From positions 1-16,038 of the forward strand of contig JBBDYC010000013.1 of the NCBI GenBank assembly GCA_040901985.1: a DNA stretch of 16,038 nucleotides, read 5' to 3'. Under the pieces are notes generated by a model. That model was not told where the DNA came from and did no database searches. It was given only the letters and a program-made list of their open reading frames with translations. Shown here one piece after another: positions 14,947-16,038 of this stretch. The translations under genes and the position numbers were made by a program. How positions within the stretch are numbered: position 1 is the stretch's first letter; every line of letters begins with the position of its first letter. This DNA comes from Gemmatimonadaceae bacterium (GTDB lineage Bacteria; Gemmatimonadota; Gemmatimonadetes; Gemmatimonadales; Gemmatimonadaceae).

Positions 14947-15869
14947 TGACCGAGCCCGCCGTCCGATCACCCGCCGACCGATCGCCCGCCGACCTCGGCC
15001 AACTCGCGCCGGGCACCTTCTACACGCTCCTCGCCGCCGCGGGGTTCGCCGCCGTCAGCATCTTCACCTCGGTCGCGCTGGCGAGCGGCCTCACGCTGGC
15101 GACCGTGCTGGCGTGGCGCTACGTGCTCGCCGCGGTGGTGCTCACCACCTTTGTCGGGGCGCGGAAGTACAAGCGGATTCCGCCGCGCGAGATGTGGCGC
15201 TTCGTGACCATCGGCGGATTCGGCCAGGCGCTGCTCGTCTATCTCGCGCTCTCGTCGCTGCGCTACATCCCGGCGGGGACGCTGGCCTTCCTGTTCTACA
15301 CGTATCCCTCGTGGGTCGCGCTGGTGCAGGCGGTGCGCGGCGCCGAGCGGCTCGACCTGCGGCGCGCGGCGGCGCTGGCGCTGTCGTTCGGCGGGATCGC
15401 GGTGATGGTGGGGATGCCGGGCGCGACGGCCGTTGACTGGCGCGGCGTCGCCCTCGCCTTATCGGCGGCGATGGTCTACGGCGCCTACATCCCGGTGATG
15501 CGCGTCCTGCAGAAGGACCATCCGGTGGCGCCCACCTCGGCCTACTCGAAGATCGGCGCCGCGCTCGCCTTCCTCGTGCTCGCGGTGGCCGACCGCAGCT
15601 TCACCTACCAGATCGAGCCGGCGATCTGGGGCGTGATTGTCGCGCTGGTGATTGTCAGCACGGTGCTGCCGAGCGTCTTCTTCCTGATGGGGCTGATTCG
15701 TCTTGGCCCGGTGCGGACGGCGATCGTCTCGACGGTCGAGCCGTTCCTCACGGCGGTGCTCGGCGTGATCGTGCTCGCGCAGCCGCTCACGCTGCCCACG
15801 GTGCTGGGCGGGGCGTTGATCGTCGGCGCCGTGGTGCTGCTCCAGTTCAGGCGCGATCGCGTGGCCTGA
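14946..15869 (+). CDS. EamA/DMT family transporter (paralog 2)
   Basis: WRYVLAA, FLFYTYPSWVA, GAERL, LGPVRTAIVSTVEPF; TGATG overlap with paralog 1. Confidence 0.9.
   Translation: MTEPAVRSPADRSPADLGQLAPGTFYTLLAAAGFAAVSIFTSVALASGLTLATVLAWRYVLAAVVLTTFVGARKYKRIPPREMWRFVTIGGFGQALLVYLALSSLRYIPAGTLAFLFYTYPSWVALVQAVRGAERLDLRRAAALALSFGGIAVMVGMPGATAVDWRGVALALSAAMVYGAYIPVMRVLQKDHPVAPTSAYSKIGAALAFLVLAVADRSFTYQIEPAIWGVIVALVIVSTVLPSVFFLMGLIRLGPVRTAIVSTVEPFLTAVLGVIVLAQPLTLPTVLGGALIVGAVVLLQFRRDRVA
14964..14993 (+). repeat. 15-bp tandem duplication encoding RSPAD-RSPAD
   Basis: cgatcacccgccgac / cgatcgcccgccgac, one mismatch. Confidence 0.7.
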
Positions 15870-16038
15870 CCGTCCTCGGTTTCACTGCGCGCGTTCCTTA
15901 GTCGTTGCGCGCGGGTCGGGTGGCGGGGGGCGCCCAGTCTCTCGCGCGATGGCTCGCCGCGCGGCCCGCACCGCTGAGCGTGACAAGGGAGGGGGGCGGT
16001 CGCACGGCGAAGGGGCCTACGCCGTAGCAAGAGACCGC

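Noticed and set aside
1..16038. CRISPR array, IS element or defence system
   Set aside because: No regularly spaced repeats, transposase, or defence-type nuclease/ATPase genes recognised.

Overview
GC-rich bacterial chromosomal window; gene content and style suggest Gemmatimonadota (inference). Left to right: partial tRNA-Gln(CUG) (-) with a clean sigma70 promoter; a lipoprotein with Ig-like domains and a C-terminal glucose/sorbosone dehydrogenase propeller (-); a Big_2 + PPC lipoprotein (+); an internally deleted YfiT/BstA (DinB family) gene (+); tRNA-Ala(CGC) (-) lacking encoded CCA, followed by a ~110-nt structured trailer; RNase Z (+); then on the minus strand a DUF2203 protein, an unknown lipoprotein, a cysteine desulfurase-like PLP enzyme and a beta-hydroxyacid dehydrogenase; a cysteine-less HMA-like protein (+); a CBM9/DUF5916 outer-membrane protein (-); and an mgtE-EamA-EamA operon (+). 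No mobile element, integrase or CRISPR array is visible. The most interesting signals are non-coding. (1) The same ECF-sigma-type promoter (GAAAC-N17-CGTAGGCC) occurs upstream of the DUF5916 gene and again just after its stop codon, where it would drive a ~160-nt structured, terminated candidate sRNA. (2) A long hairpin RNA follows the CCA-less tRNA-Ala beside rnz. (3) Four genes have a -10-like hexamer 6-7 nt before the start codon, suggesting leaderless mRNAs. All calls were made by eye, without database searches or folding software.
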